A stretch of 64,000 bases of DNA from NCBI GenBank assembly GCA_951406725.2, contig OX597840.1, forward strand, positions 33,852,001 to 33,916,000. Direction: 5' to 3'. Positions 1-64,000 of the stretch are shown piece after piece. A program made the translations under genes and the position numbers. How positions within the stretch are numbered: the stretch's first letter is position 1; the number at the start of each line of letters is the position of its first letter. The stretch comes from Octopus vulgaris. Taxonomy: Eukaryota. The notes beneath the pieces were generated by a model. The model was not told where the DNA came from. It did no database searches and worked only from the letters and a program-made list of their open reading frames with translations.

Positions 1-270
1 TTTTTTTAATCGTTGACTCATCGTAGACATTTTTAGAGAGTTACTTCCCTTATATAATAGCGAAAAAATGCATTAAAATGGAAAAAAATGGTGGTAATTT
101 TTTAAAAATCGTAGACTCATCGCAGACGCGCGCTAATACCCAGAAGGGCTCGATATGAATCACGACTATAAGATACCCGGTTTTGGTTAAACTGCACCGC
201 AAAATGTGGGAGTAGTTAGGAATCTAAATCGTAGGAGACAGACACACAACTTCACTTTTATATATAAAGA
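1..270 (-). mobile_element. Non-autonomous Helitron family 1 (truncated by window)
   Basis: Homologous to 2659-2955, 20650-20990 and 53700-54002. Confidence 0.7.
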
Positions 271-1428
271 TATGATGGCTGCCCCCTCGTTATCGAGTAT
301 GGCCATTGCACGAAGCTTAACTGTTATTGGTGCTGTGATCGAATGTTTCTTTTAGTTGCTTTTTAAGGCTACAGCCAGCCACTCAGTTGAGACTCACAGC
401 ACCATCAACAATCATAAACAATGTTGTTATCATGAAATGCCTGTGCAAGAAGATTTTTTTTAAAGTGAGGAAAGGCTGTGCACTGAGTCAATCCCACTCA
501 CTAAGCAACAGCAGCCATAATCCGAAAAGAAGAACAAGTCAACACCATCGGTAACCACTGAGCCGCAGGTTTTATGTCGGAGTTATCCCAGTTACCTGAG
601 TTACCTTCTCCTAGAAGGATACCCTAACAAAGGCTAGGAGTCCTTCACTCCCAATGGTTTAACCGCGCGATCGGGTATTCAGTCTGATTATTTCTAGGTC
701 CCCGCGCATGATACAGCCTTAAGACATTTATTGGATGACCGTTGACTCTCAAGAGTTCTTTTGCCCTTTGACGGGTTTTGTTTTTCATTCCGCAGGATGT
801 CCAATAAACACCCTCCTCACCAAGTAAGCTTGGTGGGGTTGCCGGTTTCGTCGCCGACGACCCGACCATGCAGCAAGTTGTACTGGGTTACATGTTACCA
901 GTAGCACTTGAAAGTGACTTGACATATAGTACATATAAATATATATGATATCCAACAGATACAAATATATTGCGTACAGTGGATTTGTTTGACATTAGAG
1001 GATGAATAGAGAGACCATATGGTAAAAGTTTCAGATGGAATATTGCTCCTGGAGAGACCTTCTTTCTCAAAGACAAACTAAAAACTCACAGATTTAAATA
1101 TGAAAAGGACTAGCCACCCCAACCCATCCATATACCTAGGTGGGGGTAAAAAGTAATTTTGTTCTCTGACCTTATATCAAGATAAACAGCACATGACCTT
1201 GCAGATGGAGGTCCAGCTAGATTACATATAATTGAATAATATTCAGTAATTTTAAATCAAATAGCCACGATAATTAAGGGATATAAGAAACGAACCTGTA
1301 CATCTGGTTTTGGTGCAAGTTATTTCTCCTTTTGCGCAAGTACTGGAAAGAAAAAAGCATCAAACTTCAACTTCCATTTTTATATATTTTCTCGTGTGTA
1401 TGTGTGTTTGTATATATAAAAGCGTGGA

Positions 1429-1928
1429 TGGAGGTGCAATGGCTCAGTGGTTAGAGCAGCGGGCTCACCATCATAGGATCGCAGTTTCGATTCCCAGACC
1501 GGACATTGTGAGTGTTTATTGAGCGAATTTTCTCATGTATGTGTGTGTTTGTATATATAAGTGCGTGAGTGGAGGTGCAATGGTCCTGTGGTTAGAACAG
1601 CGGACTGACGGTCATAGAATCGCAGTTTCGATTCCCAGACTGGACATTGTGAGCGTTTATTGAGCGAAAACACCTAAAACTTTACGACGCTCCGGCAGGG
1701 GCTGGCGGTGAACCCTGCTGTACTCTTTCGCCACGATTTCCTCTCACTCTTTCTTCCTATTTCTGTTGTATTTGTATTTCAAAGGGCCAGCCTTGTCCCG
1801 CTGAATCTCTTCAAGAACTACATTAAGGGCACACGTAACTGTGGAATGCTCAACCACTTGCACGTTAATTTCACGAGCTGGGTGTTCTGTTGATTGGATC
1901 AACTGGAACCCTCGTCGTCGTAACCGAC
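1429..1928 (+). mobile_element. tRNA-derived SINE family B with duplicated head
   Basis: ggaggtgcaatgg...gtttcgattccc head present twice; tail ends ctcgtcgtcgtaaccgac. Confidence 0.8.
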
Positions 1929-2056
1929 AAAAGAGACCGATAGAATAAGAACTAGGCTTACAAAGAATAAGTCCTGGGGTCGATTTGCTTGACTAAAAAG
2001 GCGGTGCTCCAGCATGGCCACAGTCAAATGATTAAAACAAGTAAAAAGAGAGTAAA

Positions 2057-2118
<62 letters not shown>

Positions 2119-2262
2119 TGTGTGTGTGTGTGTGCATGTGTATATTATATAGAGAGGAAGGAATAAGAACTGAGAGTGAGGAAATGTGAAATCTAGGGCC
2201 TACAGAGAGAGGGATACATAAGTAGTGTATGACAGAGAGAGAGAGAGGGAGTTTTCACTTAC

Positions 2263-63324
<61,062 letters not shown>

Positions 63325-63392
63325 CTGATTAAGAATAATAGAAAAAAAAAGAATATAAATTCTTAAATAAAAATCTTTTATTGATATAAGAC

Positions 63393-63599
63393 GGTTGTGG
63401 GTACTGAAAGGTTCCTGGTTTTGGGTAAAACAAAATATGGGAGGATCAGTTAATTATGGTTTTATTCAACATACTCCCCTCTCACATTCACACACTTATT
63501 GCGGCAGTTTTTTGAAGCCCTGTAAAAGAACTCAGAAGGTTGGGCTTCCAAGGTCTTTTATGATACCCTTAAAGCCAGGAATTTTTCAGCACCCTATCA
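63393..63599 (-). mobile_element. Mariner-derived MITE (same family)
   Basis: Reverse-complement homologue of 16554-16772. Confidence 0.72.
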
Positions 63600-63969
63600 T
63601 ATTAGAAAGCTTACACTAGATATGAGAAACTGTGAAGTCAGCTAGTTTGGACAAGCACAACCCAAAGTGATGTCTTAGACACCCAAAGCCTTTACTGACA
63701 TAAGATGTAATATTTTCAATCAAGAACTGGATGGACTGCCGAGAGAAATTCCTCAGAAATTATCTACATGGAAATCAACAGTTAAGTTGTCATTTACTTA
63801 TTTATTCTTTTTTCTTTCTTTTCTTTTACTCGTTTCAGTCATTTGACTGCGGCCATGCTGGAGCACCGCCTTTAGTCGAGCAAATCGACCCCAGGACTTA
63901 TTCTTTGTGGACGTAAACACTACAGCATCGGTTGTCAAGTGATGTTGAGGGACAAACACAGACACACAA

Positions 63970-64000
<31 letters not shown>

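Noticed and set aside
272-910. GC-richer stretch resembling a LINE-derived non-autonomous element
   Set aside because: Single copy in the window with no clear ORF motif or termini; could not be classified from sequence alone.
1570-1645. tRNA-like sequences at SINE heads
   Set aside because: A/B boxes are present but run directly into SINE bodies with TSDs; not tRNA genes.

Overview
AT-rich, microsatellite- and SINE-dense animal DNA; the SINE families suggest an octopus (inference). The window lies inside one minus-strand gene that runs off both ends. I hand-assembled 28 phase-consistent GT-AG exons (63324 down to 2263, about 16.5 kb CDS, about 5,490 codons). Domain order: TIL-E-TIL'-E'-VWD(D3-type, GDPH)-C8-TIL-E, 6 LDL-receptor class A repeats, 4 tandem [Thr/Pro linker + degenerate F5/8C-like] modules, an 11.3-kb PTS mucin exon, then TSP1. 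This is an SCO-spondin-like scaffold carrying a giant mucin domain. Introns hold tRNA-derived SINEs (several as multimers inside one TSD), non-autonomous Helitrons, a piggyBac-type MITE array, mariner MITEs, a solo LTR, LINE relics, long fold-backs and an interstitial telomeric repeat. All calls come from reading the sequence; no searches were run.
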